Part shown: positions 8,851 through 18,514 of the stretch, piece after piece | Layout: the number at the start of each line of letters is the position of its first letter | Position numbering within the stretch: position 1 is the first letter of the stretch | NCBI GenBank assembly: GCA_002497025.1 | Contig: DAMG01000041.1 | Location: 1-44,747, forward strand | Origin: Euryarchaeota archaeon UBA126 | GTDB taxonomy: Archaea; Thermoplasmatota; Poseidoniia; Poseidoniales; Thalassarchaeaceae | DNA length: 44,747 bases | Direction: 5' to 3' | Notes under the pieces: model-generated | Told to the model about the DNA's origin: nothing | The model's input: the letters and a program-made list of their open reading frames with translations, nothing else | The model's database searches: none | Made by a program: the position numbers and the translations under genes

Positions 8851-9327
8851 CTAATTCCATCGATGGTATGCAGGATGCCCTTCTTTTACCGCAACGAATA
8901 GACCCTCTCCAATGGCACATATTTTTCCATCAGAGGTTAATTCCATCTTGACTTTGGCTCTATCATCAGCCAGTTCTATTACCTCTCCAGTTACTATTAT
9001 TTCATGTCCGAAAGGAGTTGGTCTACGGAGTTTGATGCTGTAATTGGCAGTAACTGTGCAAGGGGGTTCGACATCTCCAGATTGGTCCATGAGTGCAATC
9101 GCAGCGGTCCAATTACCATGACAATCCATCAAAGTTCCAATTATTCCTCCGTTTATCATACCTGGAAATGCTTGATGTTCAGCAGAGGGGTTAAACCGCA
9201 TTTCTAATCCATTTTCGCTCCTGAAGGAGTGTATACGTAGTCCTTCTGAGTTAGCCGGACCACAACCAAAACAGATGCTATTTGGAGCGTGTAACTCTTG
9301 AACAGACTTCCCCTTTACGGCACTCAT
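8851..9327 (-). CDS. PaaI-type hotdog-fold thioesterase
   Basis: 158 aa. N-terminal CFGCGPANSEGLRI motif and a central GGIIGTLMD segment typical of PaaI/4HBT hotdog thioesterases. Confidence 0.7.
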   Translation of the reverse strand: MSAVKGKSVQELHAPNSICFGCGPANSEGLRIHSFRSENGLEMRFNPSAEHQAFPGMINGGIIGTLMDCHGNWTAAIALMDQSGDVEPPCTVTANYSIKLRRPTPFGHEIIVTGEVIELADDRAKVKMELTSDGKICAIGEGLFVAVKEGHPAYHRWN

Positions 9328-9431
9328 TGTTCATCCGGCGCAATAAGCGGAATACAAGAATTACTCAAGAACAAACCAAAATTTCACTCAATCCTTGTAT
9401 GCTAATCCTCTTATTTGGTTGACTCCACAGA

Positions 9432-10799
9432 GTGGTATTGGTGGATTCCGAAGAGACACCTAAGTCATCGAAAAAAGGTGGCGGGAACTTTCGAGTTCCA
9501 AGGGCAAAGAGGCGGCGCCATCAGCCAATAAAGGTCTCAAATCAAATTCCAACGAGTCGAAGAAAAGAGATTGAGAAAGCATTGGAAGAGCCTAGCAGCA
9601 CTCCGAAGTCATGGTCTCGTACTAGTGGCTGGAAATCGCATCGAATTGGACGTAAGCTTGTGAAACCGGGAACAATTCGACAAATTGAGTACGACTTAAT
9701 GGACATAGAAATTGGTGAATCTTGGCCTATTCCAATTACTGTAATTCATGGTTCTCGGCCTGGGCCGGTAGTTACCCTAATCGGAGCACTTCACGGAAAC
9801 GAATTGGTTGGTCCGTTAGCATTGACTTACTTACAATCGCACGCAATCTTGGGAGAGGATAAGGCGATAGATCCCACCACGGTTGCAGGAACCATTCGGA
9901 TTATCCCAATTGTGAATATGCCGGGATACCGTCGTCGAAGCAGATACATGACTGATGGCAGAGACTTGAATCGTTTCTTCCCAGGCAAAGAAGATTCAAA
10001 CACAACTTCTAGGGTAGCAAACAGATTATGGAAAGAAATTTTCTCTAAATCTGACCATATTCTCGACCTACACACCGCGGCTCTGGGCCGTACAAATATG
10101 CCACAAATTAGGGCCAACTTGGCTAATCCAGCAAGTAATCGAACCGCCCGCTCCTTCGGAATCGAGGTAATTCTAGACAGTGAAGGTCCGAAAGGCTCCC
10201 TAAGAAGAACCGCTGATGGCCATGGAATTAGTTGTATTACCTACGAAGGTGGTGGTTCAGATGAAGCAGACCCTGAATCTATCCAGATTGCTATGTATGG
10301 AGTTCTGAATGTATTGAGGAGTTTGAAAGTGATTCCTGGTTATTCTAGTCGACCACGATTTCGACTACTCGCATCTGGTTCGGTATGGGTTCGCTCGGAC
10401 TATGGTGGTCTCCTAGATGTATTGACTCCTGCTGGCTCTTGGGTAGAGAAGGATGAATTGGTTGCAACTGTCTCGGACCCCGAACACCCGGGGGTTTCAA
10501 TGGAAATACGCTCACCCACAGATGGTCTACTGATTTGTACAGCAACGCATCCATTCGTAACTACTGGTACTCCAATAGGTCATTTATTGCCGATTTCAAA
10601 AGGAGTCAAGACCGTAAAGAGACGTTTGGATGATGAAGGTGTGCTAGTGTTAAGCGGAGCCGATGGAGAACCTCCATGGCGCGATGATGATGAAATCGAG
10701 GATATCTCGGTTGTAGGTGAATGGGAAGGTGGGTCACCAGATGCTGAGTGGGGTGAAAATCTTCCTTCGGCTGCCGAAGAAGAAGCGGATGAAGCCTGA
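9432..10799 (+). CDS. Succinylglutamate desuccinylase/aspartoacylase (AstE/AspA, M14-like) family protein
   Basis: Zn-ligand region GSRPGPVVTLIGALHGNELVG, then DLNRFFPG and LDLHT. Acidic C-terminal tail. The start is uncertain: GTG at 9432 gives a K/R-rich extension of about 70 aa, and the first in-frame ATG lies inside the conserved domain. Confidence 0.7.
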   Translation: MVLVDSEETPKSSKKGGGNFRVPRAKRRRHQPIKVSNQIPTSRRKEIEKALEEPSSTPKSWSRTSGWKSHRIGRKLVKPGTIRQIEYDLMDIEIGESWPIPITVIHGSRPGPVVTLIGALHGNELVGPLALTYLQSHAILGEDKAIDPTTVAGTIRIIPIVNMPGYRRRSRYMTDGRDLNRFFPGKEDSNTTSRVANRLWKEIFSKSDHILDLHTAALGRTNMPQIRANLANPASNRTARSFGIEVILDSEGPKGSLRRTADGHGISCITYEGGGSDEADPESIQIAMYGVLNVLRSLKVIPGYSSRPRFRLLASGSVWVRSDYGGLLDVLTPAGSWVEKDELVATVSDPEHPGVSMEIRSPTDGLLICTATHPFVTTGTPIGHLLPISKGVKTVKRRLDDEGVLVLSGADGEPPWRDDDEIEDISVVGEWEGGSPDAEWGENLPSAAEEEADEA

Positions 10800-10802
10800 G
10801 TA

Positions 10803-13800
10803 TCATTCTTCTTCGGACAAATCCTCAACCATTACAGGAGTGGCATCGACTGTGACTACAGTTGATTGAAGCATCGGAACAGATTCTACCATAGGGGGGT
10901 TGTTATCACTGTGTTGACTCAGTAGATCGCTGAGATCAGGAGCAGATGGCAGTTCAACCGCTCGATGCTCGGGAGTAACGCCTAGTGGGTTTTGGTTAAC
11001 TTTGAATTCTGCATAGGCCTCAGCAATCATTCTGTTTTCTCTAATCTTCATTCCGGCAAATGCCACTCCTCCAACAAGCGTTAGAATAACGAAAAGAATA
11101 ACAATAATTCCGGAAGTAGAGCCTAAGAATGAGAATAGAGATTCAATCAAAGTTGGTGCTGGGACGTAGACTTCTACATCGACAGTCCATTGTAGCTTGG
11201 TTTCAAATCCAGAATCTGTTATTGTGAGATTTAGTTCTCGCAAACCACTGCGCTCAGAGCAAAGAATTTCTGCTAATTGCCAATCCTTCGATTTGCAATC
11301 GATTTCGTTTAGAATTAATGTCTGACCATTTTCACTCAAGTTGGCAGACAAAATTACCCCTTCCATCTCCCAGACCATTTCCTTACTAACAGTACTCGGG
11401 ATACTTCGAATATCTATACGAAGTGTATCATTTACAGAGTCCCAATTTGCGGTACTGGTTCTGCTAAGGGACGATTCGATTAAATCAACTCGATTCAAAG
11501 AATCATCGACAACATCGTTACAATCATCATCCCAACCATTCCATGTCTCAGTAGCATCTGGGTTGATTGTTTCAATCAAATCCTCACAATCTTCGAAGGC
11601 ATAGTAACCGTCTTCGTCACGGTCATGATCGAAGACCAATGGGTCTGAGCCGGTTTCTATTACTTCCTTGCCATCACTCATTCCGTCATCATCAGAATCT
11701 GAATCTGTTGGGTCTGTAGATAAATTATGGAACTCATCGTAATCCCATAGGCCATCTTGATCTGAATCAATAGTACGGAAGTCCTCGTCTACCTGATCAT
11801 CACAATCATTGTCCTTTGCGTCTAATGATTCTGCGAGTAGAGGAGCTCTATCAGCATCATCATCTTGGCAATCTTGGAACCAATACCAGCCGTCTCCATC
11901 ATCGTCAGGATCAGCCCAAAGTGGATTCGAGCCATACGTCTTTACTTCGAGCCCATCAGGTAATCCATCATCATCGGTATCGCCATCATAGGGATTACTT
12001 GTGACGTTGTGATATTCGTCATAATCATCTAATCCATCAAAATCGGAATCCAAATCCCAAAATCCATCGTCGATTACCAGGTCACAATCGTTGTCTTTGT
12101 TGTCTAACAATTCAGGCAGGGCTGGATTACGATATTCGTCTTCGTCGTCACAATCTAGGAACCAATGGTATCCATCTGCATCCGAATCTGGATCGTAAGA
12201 TAGAGGATTAGAGCCATAAGTTTCCACCTCGATACCATCCTCCAATCCATCATCATCGGTATCAGCATCTTCAAAATCTGTTCCATGGATGTGGTATTCT
12301 GGCCAATCCAACAGGCCGTCTGAATCTCTGTCTGTAAAATTGAAACCTTCATCAGTTAAATCATCACAATCATCATCAATTCCATTCAATCTCTCGTATG
12401 TGCCCGGATTAACATCTGGATTATTGTCGTTACAATCTTGGAAATGATAGAATAAATCATTGTCGGCATCGGGGTCGTAGTCCAGAGGATTAGTCCCCCA
12501 ATAATTTACTTCTAATCCATCTGAAAGTCCATCATTGTCGCTATCTGAATTCATAGGATTTGTTGCATAGTTGAATATTTCTTGCAGATCGGTCAATCCA
12601 TCAGTATCCGAATCACTCGCAAGAGGGTCGGTTCCATGAATCATAACTTCATCATAATCTGACAAGCCATCATCATCAGTATCGGCATCATAGGGGTCTG
12701 TGCCCCAAACTTGAGTTTCATTTTCGTCAGATAGTCCATCATCGTCATGGTCCCAATCATTATCCACTCCATGGAAAATCAGCTCCCAGGAATTCAGAGT
12801 TCCCATTCCTCCACTGGTGGAATCACGTACCTTTAGTGTCCAAAGGCCCATGCTCGATTCACCCCAATGGTGAACTGTGTTGAATAGCCAATCAGAATAG
12901 TCGTCGTTACTATCGCCGTTACTTACCGCCAACCAGGATTCAGTTCCATCTGGTGATTGTAATACAATGTCTAAGTCACCACGGTATGTATGGTTGATGT
13001 CTACAATAACATCTACACTTTCTATCGACAGTTCGGTGTTTACAGTGATTGGAAATTCACTCCAAGACTGATTTCCATCAGGGATATCGAAGTCAGGTAA
13101 ATATGGGCCATAGGTTGAGTTAATTTCCTGATCTAGAGTTGTCCAATTCAACGCCATGGACACTGCCGCTCCGGCATCTACTGCACCGAATCCATACTTG
13201 TGAGAGACATCGTGACCTGCTCCATTAGTGTTCCAAGAAGAATCGTTAGGGTCATTCATTCGTGAAGTATGGACTAAAATTTCCTGAACGTCTCGCCAAG
13301 TCAAAAATGGATTTGCATCATACATTAGGGCGATTACTCCGGCTGCTAATGGTGTGGCGCTGGAGGTTCCTCCGAATGTGTGGGTCACATTTCCGCTACC
13401 GTTGTAACCTCCACTTCCTACTATGTCGGTGGTGGTTATTCCCTCACCATCGCCATTTGAGTGAGCTGCAACGAGGATATTTGCACCAGGTTCCGCATAG
13501 TATGATTGTTCTCCTTCGTGAGAGATTGCGGTTACTGCAATGGTGAATCGGCTGTTTGCATAACCATCTTTGTTGGCATCATCATCACTTCCTAACCCAT
13601 TACCTGCAGCCCATGTGATGGAATTACCCAACCCTTTCCTTCCATTGTAGGCATCTTCCTCAAAAGCAGCTAAAGTAAGTGGGCCTGGTCCTGATAGTGT
13701 TTCGCCATCATCTGAGGGGCCCCAAGAATTTGAGTAAATATCGATATCATCGTTTTCAAAGGATAATGCATTGGCTTCTGTGCTGTCGCCAGACCAACAT

Positions 13801-14567
13801 GCGATTAAGGTAGAACCACCTAATGTGGCTTCCCAAGCCGCTCCTGAAACATATAGTGAGTTATTTCCAACCGCTGCGGCTACACCTGCAGCAGACGTAC
13901 CATGACCATTCCAGGAACTTGGCGCGGGATCACTATCGTCGTTACACCAGTCGTAGGAGTAGTTAGCATCGTAGTTATCGATAATATCGGGATGTTGGTG
14001 GTCTAAGCCATCGTCAACGATACTGATTACTACACCTTCACCACGATAATTGTCCCAGACATCTGTGGCATTGATATCTTCTCCACTCAGTCCTGATGTC
14101 TGACCCGTATTTTCAAGATGCCATTGTGAAGAAAACTCTGGATCATTGGGATTATCTCTTGGAAATTGTTGGCGCTCCACTAATGGCGAATAAGATTCTA
14201 TATGACCAATTTCAACCAACATTTCAAGTTCGTCAATAACCTCTAATGGGTCATCAAAATACCAAATATAAGCCCCTCTTAGGATGGGTGCAGGTTCCAC
14301 GGATTCTGGCTTTGCTAAAGTCAACGGCTGCTTTTCCAAAGGGATTTGGGTTACAATCAACCATTGGTTGGTTTGGGATAGTTCTTCAAAGGTGTATTGA
14401 TTGAGATTCTCTACTCTGTCGAAGGCCAATTGAACCGCTTTGGAGTAAGTTGGTAGGATATTCTCTCCACTCACTTCAAAGTCAATATTGTTATTTTGCC
14501 CTTCACCAATCGTTGCCACGACAGGTGATACAAGCATCAGAACAAGGAGCATCGCTATCGTACGCAT
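10803..14567 (-). CDS. Secreted, membrane-anchored kexin/furin-like S8 serine protease with a P-domain and TSP3 + Cys-motif repeats
   Basis: Signal peptide MRTIAMLLVLMLVSPVVA from the ATG at 14567. Catalytic triad contexts VDDGLD, HGTSAAG and GGTSSATP, with AAGNG for the oxyanion Asn. P-domain signature HTYRGDLDIVLQSPDGTES...GLWTLKVRD...LNSWELIFHG. Calcium-binding DxDxDGLxDxxE repeats. C-terminal TM GIIVILFVILTLVGGVAFAG and an 80-aa tail. Confidence 0.85.
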   Translation of the reverse strand: MRTIAMLLVLMLVSPVVATIGEGQNNNIDFEVSGENILPTYSKAVQLAFDRVENLNQYTFEELSQTNQWLIVTQIPLEKQPLTLAKPESVEPAPILRGAYIWYFDDPLEVIDELEMLVEIGHIESYSPLVERQQFPRDNPNDPEFSSQWHLENTGQTSGLSGEDINATDVWDNYRGEGVVISIVDDGLDHQHPDIIDNYDANYSYDWCNDDSDPAPSSWNGHGTSAAGVAAAVGNNSLYVSGAAWEATLGGSTLIACWSGDSTEANALSFENDDIDIYSNSWGPSDDGETLSGPGPLTLAAFEEDAYNGRKGLGNSITWAAGNGLGSDDDANKDGYANSRFTIAVTAISHEGEQSYYAEPGANILVAAHSNGDGEGITTTDIVGSGGYNGSGNVTHTFGGTSSATPLAAGVIALMYDANPFLTWRDVQEILVHTSRMNDPNDSSWNTNGAGHDVSHKYGFGAVDAGAAVSMALNWTTLDQEINSTYGPYLPDFDIPDGNQSWSEFPITVNTELSIESVDVIVDINHTYRGDLDIVLQSPDGTESWLAVSNGDSNDDYSDWLFNTVHHWGESSMGLWTLKVRDSTSGGMGTLNSWELIFHGVDNDWDHDDDGLSDENETQVWGTDPYDADTDDDGLSDYDEVMIHGTDPLASDSDTDGLTDLQEIFNYATNPMNSDSDNDGLSDGLEVNYWGTNPLDYDPDADNDLFYHFQDCNDNNPDVNPGTYERLNGIDDDCDDLTDEGFNFTDRDSDGLLDWPEYHIHGTDFEDADTDDDGLEDGIEVETYGSNPLSYDPDSDADGYHWFLDCDDEDEYRNPALPELLDNKDNDCDLVIDDGFWDLDSDFDGLDDYDEYHNVTSNPYDGDTDDDGLPDGLEVKTYGSNPLWADPDDDGDGWYWFQDCQDDDADRAPLLAESLDAKDNDCDDQVDEDFRTIDSDQDGLWDYDEFHNLSTDPTDSDSDDDGMSDGKEVIETGSDPLVFDHDRDEDGYYAFEDCEDLIETINPDATETWNGWDDDCNDVVDDSLNRVDLIESSLSRTSTANWDSVNDTLRIDIRSIPSTVSKEMVWEMEGVILSANLSENGQTLILNEIDCKSKDWQLAEILCSERSGLRELNLTITDSGFETKLQWTVDVEVYVPAPTLIESLFSFLGSTSGIIVILFVILTLVGGVAFAGMKIRENRMIAEAYAEFKVNQNPLGVTPEHRAVELPSAPDLSDLLSQHSDNNPPMVESVPMLQSTVVTVDATPVMVEDLSEEE
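11493..12767 (-). repeat. Protein-level tandem array inside the S8 gene: thrombospondin type-3-like Ca-binding repeats plus four modules of about 93 aa ending in a DC..D...P...E....D.DCDD..D motif
   Basis: Residues about 621-1045. Modules start near residues 695, 767, 859 and 953. Each holds two DxDxDG loops and a 4-Cys segment (for example FQDCNDNNPDVNPGTYERLNGIDDDCDDLTDEGF) resembling the MopE-type 'putative metal-binding motif' (from memory). The repeat is visible at protein level, not as DNA identity. Confidence 0.7.
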
Positions 14568-14647
14568 GGGTCGACTTCGATGTTGTAGGGGTTTTAGCCG
14601 TTGCCGATGCATGGGTGGTAAGCGCATCGCCTAAAATTACTAATTAA

Positions 14648-15907
14648 TCAGTTGTTTTGATTATATTCCGATATAGCATGATGAACTTCATCATCATCCA
14701 TCAATCGGCGCTGATTTTTGGCCACCTCAAACATATGAGCGACTAAATCGTCATCTGCTTGGTAACCATTTTCTTCCAGCCACCAGATAATGTTTGAACG
14801 CCCACTCATATGTCCAATTCGGATAACCTGCTTGAGGCCATAATCTTGAGCAGGCACTCCTGAATATACACGATCTGCTAACCAATTATCCCCCTTTTTC
14901 ATAGCCTTGATTACCGCGCTAGCATGTACTCCAGTACCGGTTTCAAAGGCATCCTCACCAAAGACAGGATAATTCCGAGGAAGAGCCACTTCGACATACT
15001 CATGCGCCTTTTTCATGTATTCATTTAGGGCAGTTAAGTCATTTTCGATAACTCCCATCAGTGAGAGATTGACTAGGGTTTGATCTAGTGGAGCATTCCC
15101 AGCTCTTTCTCCTACACCCAATGCAGTTCCGTGAATTACATCCGCCCCAACTTCAACAGCCGCGAGGTTGTTTGCAACACCCAATCCTCTGTCTTGGTGA
15201 CCATGCCAATTGACTTCGATATCTCTGCGTTTTACTCCTGCGTCAGGAATAACTTCGTCTTGAATAAAAGTGAGCAATTTTCGTACTCCATTAGGAGTCA
15301 CATGGCCACAGGTGTCGCAAACACAAATTCTGTCGGCACCCAATTCTATTGCTCTAGTGTAAACAGCCTTGATTTCTTCCGGCTTTGAGCGGGTGGTATC
15401 CTCAGTAACAAACATCACAGGGATATCGTTGTCAACCGCAAAGGTAACCGCTTTCTCTGCCGTACTTAGGATTCGTTCCATAGTCCAACCTTCTGCAAAT
15501 TGTCTGATGGGACTTGTTCCGAGAAATGCACTTGCCTGAATCTGCCGCTCGTGCTTGGCTTGCAAATCTACCAGCGGTTCGATATCTCCTACAACGGTCC
15601 GAACAGCACAACCTGGTCTCAAATCGTAACCATTCTCGCCCATGTGGGTGAGCATTGAATCTATGTGACTGACATGAAATGGACCAGCTCCGGGAAGGCC
15701 AAGGTCCACTTTCTGAATTCCTAGCCTCTCCATATAATCAATTAATTCGATTTTCTGTTCTATAGTTGGATTACGCGCACTCGGGCTTTGTAGCCCGTCT
15801 CTCAGGGTTTCATCATCGAACCAAACATCATGTGGGTGGTTAGCAGAATCGCGTTTTATTTCGTAGTCTATGATGTTCCAATCATAGATGAGTTCTCGCT
15901 CATTCAT
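14648..15907 (-). CDS. DRE-TIM metallolyase of the 2-isopropylmalate/homocitrate/citramalate synthase family, short form without a LeuA regulatory domain
   Basis: DDETLRDGLQSP substrate/metal motif, later NWHGHQDRGLGVAN (HxH metal site). The ATG at 15907 is preceded by GGAGG at 7-nt spacing and avoids overlap with ctaB. The ORF track's longer start at 16021 is the alternative. Confidence 0.7.
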   Translation of the reverse strand: MNERELIYDWNIIDYEIKRDSANHPHDVWFDDETLRDGLQSPSARNPTIEQKIELIDYMERLGIQKVDLGLPGAGPFHVSHIDSMLTHMGENGYDLRPGCAVRTVVGDIEPLVDLQAKHERQIQASAFLGTSPIRQFAEGWTMERILSTAEKAVTFAVDNDIPVMFVTEDTTRSKPEEIKAVYTRAIELGADRICVCDTCGHVTPNGVRKLLTFIQDEVIPDAGVKRRDIEVNWHGHQDRGLGVANNLAAVEVGADVIHGTALGVGERAGNAPLDQTLVNLSLMGVIENDLTALNEYMKKAHEYVEVALPRNYPVFGEDAFETGTGVHASAVIKAMKKGDNWLADRVYSGVPAQDYGLKQVIRIGHMSGRSNIIWWLEENGYQADDDLVAHMFEVAKNQRRLMDDDEVHHAISEYNQNN

Positions 15908-15981
15908 TCTCGACCCTCCGGCCGCTTGATGCGTACCACGGCCGTCGAACAGGCGGGCAGGCGTTTGAGGATTTCCTGAAT

Positions 15982-17067
15982 TCAGGCTGAAATCTGCGAT
16001 GAAGACGCTTTTGAGTTCCATTCATCCCTAGCAATCATTGTAGCCGCCAATACTGCTCCTAAAATTGATCCTTGTAAACCAGCACTTGCAGTAACCACAA
16101 TTGCAAACATCAGGGCGAGATATATCATTGAAACAAAGAAAGAGCGAGCCGCGGTAGGGATTCTTCCAGAAGCAGTACGAGGCTCATTTGTGTCGATCAT
16201 GAATACTGTTCTGGCATACCACAAAGTGGCAATAATCGAAGTCCAACCAAATACATGGTAGATTGTATCATACCTATCCATTCCGCCCATAGCGATGGGT
16301 GCAAATACTGCTAGAATAAGCAAGAAAATAGAGTATACCTTCATTTCTATAAGAGTTCTTCTTGCACCTTTAACTCCAGGCATCATTGGAATTCCAACCG
16401 AGTTGTATTCCTCCGAACGATATAGCGCCAATGCCCAGAAATGAGGTGGAGTCCATAGGAAAATTAGCAAGAGGAGATACCAAGGCATCAAGCTCCCCAA
16501 ATCAAAAATTGAAATTGCAAAATCTTCTACTGAATCTAGATTGATAGTTAAGTCGCCTACTGCAGTAGCCCAACCGATTACTGGTGGAGTTGCACCAGCT
16601 AAACCTCCGATGACTATGTTTTGAACTGAGGTTCGCTTAAGCCAGATTGTGTAAATGAAGACATAGAATAGGATACTAAATGCAGCCCAAAAAGCAGCTA
16701 CTTGGTTAGCAAATTCAAGGAACCAGACAACTCCCGATACCGAAATGAAGATTCCAAAAATCAGTGCTCCATTTGCACTCACAGTACCAGTTGGTATCGG
16801 CCTTTTTGAAGTCCGTTGCATAACTGGATCAATATCTCTATCGTACCACATATTGATTGCATTAGCGCCTCCTGCTGTAAGATAGCCTCCAACGAAAACA
16901 ATCGCCATGGTACGAATGGATTCATTCCAATCCATATCAGAGAACCCCGATGCTTCAAGCAAATCGTGAGATATTACCGCACATAGTGCGGTAATCTGCA
17001 GAAGAACAACTACTCCTGGCTTAGTTAGAGTGAGCCAAGCCTTAGCCGCACTCCCGGTATCTCCCAT
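15982..17067 (-). CDS. ctaB: Protoheme IX farnesyltransferase (heme O synthase)
   Basis: UbiA-family polytopic membrane protein. The NMWYDRDIDPVMQRTSKRPIP motif is typical of CyoE/CtaB/COX10. Confidence 0.88.
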   Translation of the reverse strand: MGDTGSAAKAWLTLTKPGVVVLLQITALCAVISHDLLEASGFSDMDWNESIRTMAIVFVGGYLTAGGANAINMWYDRDIDPVMQRTSKRPIPTGTVSANGALIFGIFISVSGVVWFLEFANQVAAFWAAFSILFYVFIYTIWLKRTSVQNIVIGGLAGATPPVIGWATAVGDLTINLDSVEDFAISIFDLGSLMPWYLLLLIFLWTPPHFWALALYRSEEYNSVGIPMMPGVKGARRTLIEMKVYSIFLLILAVFAPIAMGGMDRYDTIYHVFGWTSIIATLWYARTVFMIDTNEPRTASGRIPTAARSFFVSMIYLALMFAIVVTASAGLQGSILGAVLAATMIARDEWNSKASSSQISA

Positions 17068-17105
17068 AGCACATCCTTAGGGCGTGTACGCTTCAATTCG
17101 ACTCA

Positions 17106-18167
17106 TCACAGGGCCTCAGGTTCAGGCTCATGTAGGGCGAAGGCAGAGATAGCCAACCAAGAGGTTGCTAGAGTAAGAAATGATGTGCTGCCAACCAACA
17201 GATGAATCAGAGAAAGTATTTCGCGGAATGTTTCATTATCCGGTGACCAAGAAAGGATGTACAGAGCTCCGATTGCAATATTCAAGCAATATAGTGCAGT
17301 TGCTGCCCAAATCCAATTTCTGAGGATTATTCCATGCTGGTGCTGAATCTGTTCATTTCTAACATACCAACAAGCAATTAGTAGAATACCTCCAACAAAT
17401 GCAACCAGCCATCGATGAATAATTTGAGATTGACCTTCCAAGTCAACTATTTCTGGAAGGTAATCTCCGTTACAAAGAGGCCATGAATTTACATCGCCTG
17501 ATACACCACATATCTGATCTGCACCGGGTGTTGTAGCGACAAACACTCCAGCAAAAACTGTGGTAAAGGTGCTAAGCCCTAACCACGCAATTCTATTTTT
17601 CCACTTAGAAGCGAGGATCGGGTCAAATTCTAACCAAGATGGCTGAATCCCCTCATCTCGATTAATGCAAATCCATAACCAAATGAGACATAATATGAAT
17701 GCAAGGGCGCTTGATAGATGCATTGCTACACTCCAATGAATATTGTCAATTTTGACGGTTAACCAACCGAGTGCCCCTTGCCAAATGATTAGTCCCAGCG
17801 CCAAGTTAGATGCGAAAGTCGAGCGTTTTGACGTATCTTCATTACGACGTATGATTAGCCAGTTTAGAATTACCAGAGGGCCAAGAATTGCTCCTGCCAA
17901 TAGTCTGTGAAACCACTCCGTAAAAATTTCAAAAGTAGTGTATCTATGATGTTCACCCCGGGAGTCTATTTCATCGGGATTTTCGTTCCACCATCTTTCT
18001 TGCTCCTCGGGACTAATATCGAACCCCCATGTGCCGAAGCAAGTCGGCCAATCCGGACAGGATTCTCCAGCATCTGAAACTCTGATTAATCCGCCAACAG
18101 CAATCACTAGAAAGGTAAGTACGATCAAACCAGCGGTTAGTCTCTTAGTATCGACTTTCTGAAGCAT
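17106..18167 (-). CDS. ctaA: Heme A synthase (CtaA/COX15 family)
   Basis: 353-aa protein with about eight TM helices. Two extracytoplasmic Cys pairs (CPDWPTC; CGVSGDVNSWPLC) and conserved His in the TM helices (WFHRLLAG, HRWLVAF). Directly upstream of ctaB, with a GAGGTGG RBS. Confidence 0.78.
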   Translation of the reverse strand: MLQKVDTKRLTAGLIVLTFLVIAVGGLIRVSDAGESCPDWPTCFGTWGFDISPEEQERWWNENPDEIDSRGEHHRYTTFEIFTEWFHRLLAGAILGPLVILNWLIIRRNEDTSKRSTFASNLALGLIIWQGALGWLTVKIDNIHWSVAMHLSSALAFILCLIWLWICINRDEGIQPSWLEFDPILASKWKNRIAWLGLSTFTTVFAGVFVATTPGADQICGVSGDVNSWPLCNGDYLPEIVDLEGQSQIIHRWLVAFVGGILLIACWYVRNEQIQHQHGIILRNWIWAATALYCLNIAIGALYILSWSPDNETFREILSLIHLLVGSTSFLTLATSWLAISAFALHEPEPEAL

Positions 18168-18206
18168 TGCTTACCACCTCTGAATGGCCGATAAGCGGTA
18201 GAGCCC

Positions 18207-18467
18207 TCACTCTTCCTCAATATGAGGGTCCACATCGATTGGAATGCGGTGAGATTCGTACTCTAGCGTTGCAATCTTAAGAGGGTCAAGTACGAATCTT
18301 GCTTGAGCATCTTCTGTTCCAAAAAGCTGGACTAGTTCTTGCATGAAATTTTCACGGAGTTCATCTTCGGATACATATAGTGGTGCACCCATGCTAATTT
18401 GCAATGCTCTTGCACCTATGATTCGAGCCTTCTCGAAGCGAGTGTGCTGCCGTACTGGAGTAACCAT
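18207..18467 (-). CDS. rpoK: DNA-directed RNA polymerase subunit K (Rpo6)
   Basis: [21 protein letters not shown] signature and a C-terminal [17 protein letters not shown] segment. TATA-like CTAATAGG about 28 nt upstream. Confidence 0.85.
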   Translation of the reverse strand: MVTPVRQHTRFEKARIIGARALQISMGAPLYVSEDELRENFMQELVQLFGTEDAQARFVLDPLKIATLEYESHRIPIDVDPHIEEE

Positions 18468-18514
18468 CGAGGCCGGCGACCCAAGACCTCCCTATTAGCC
18501 CACCGGCTAGCCTT

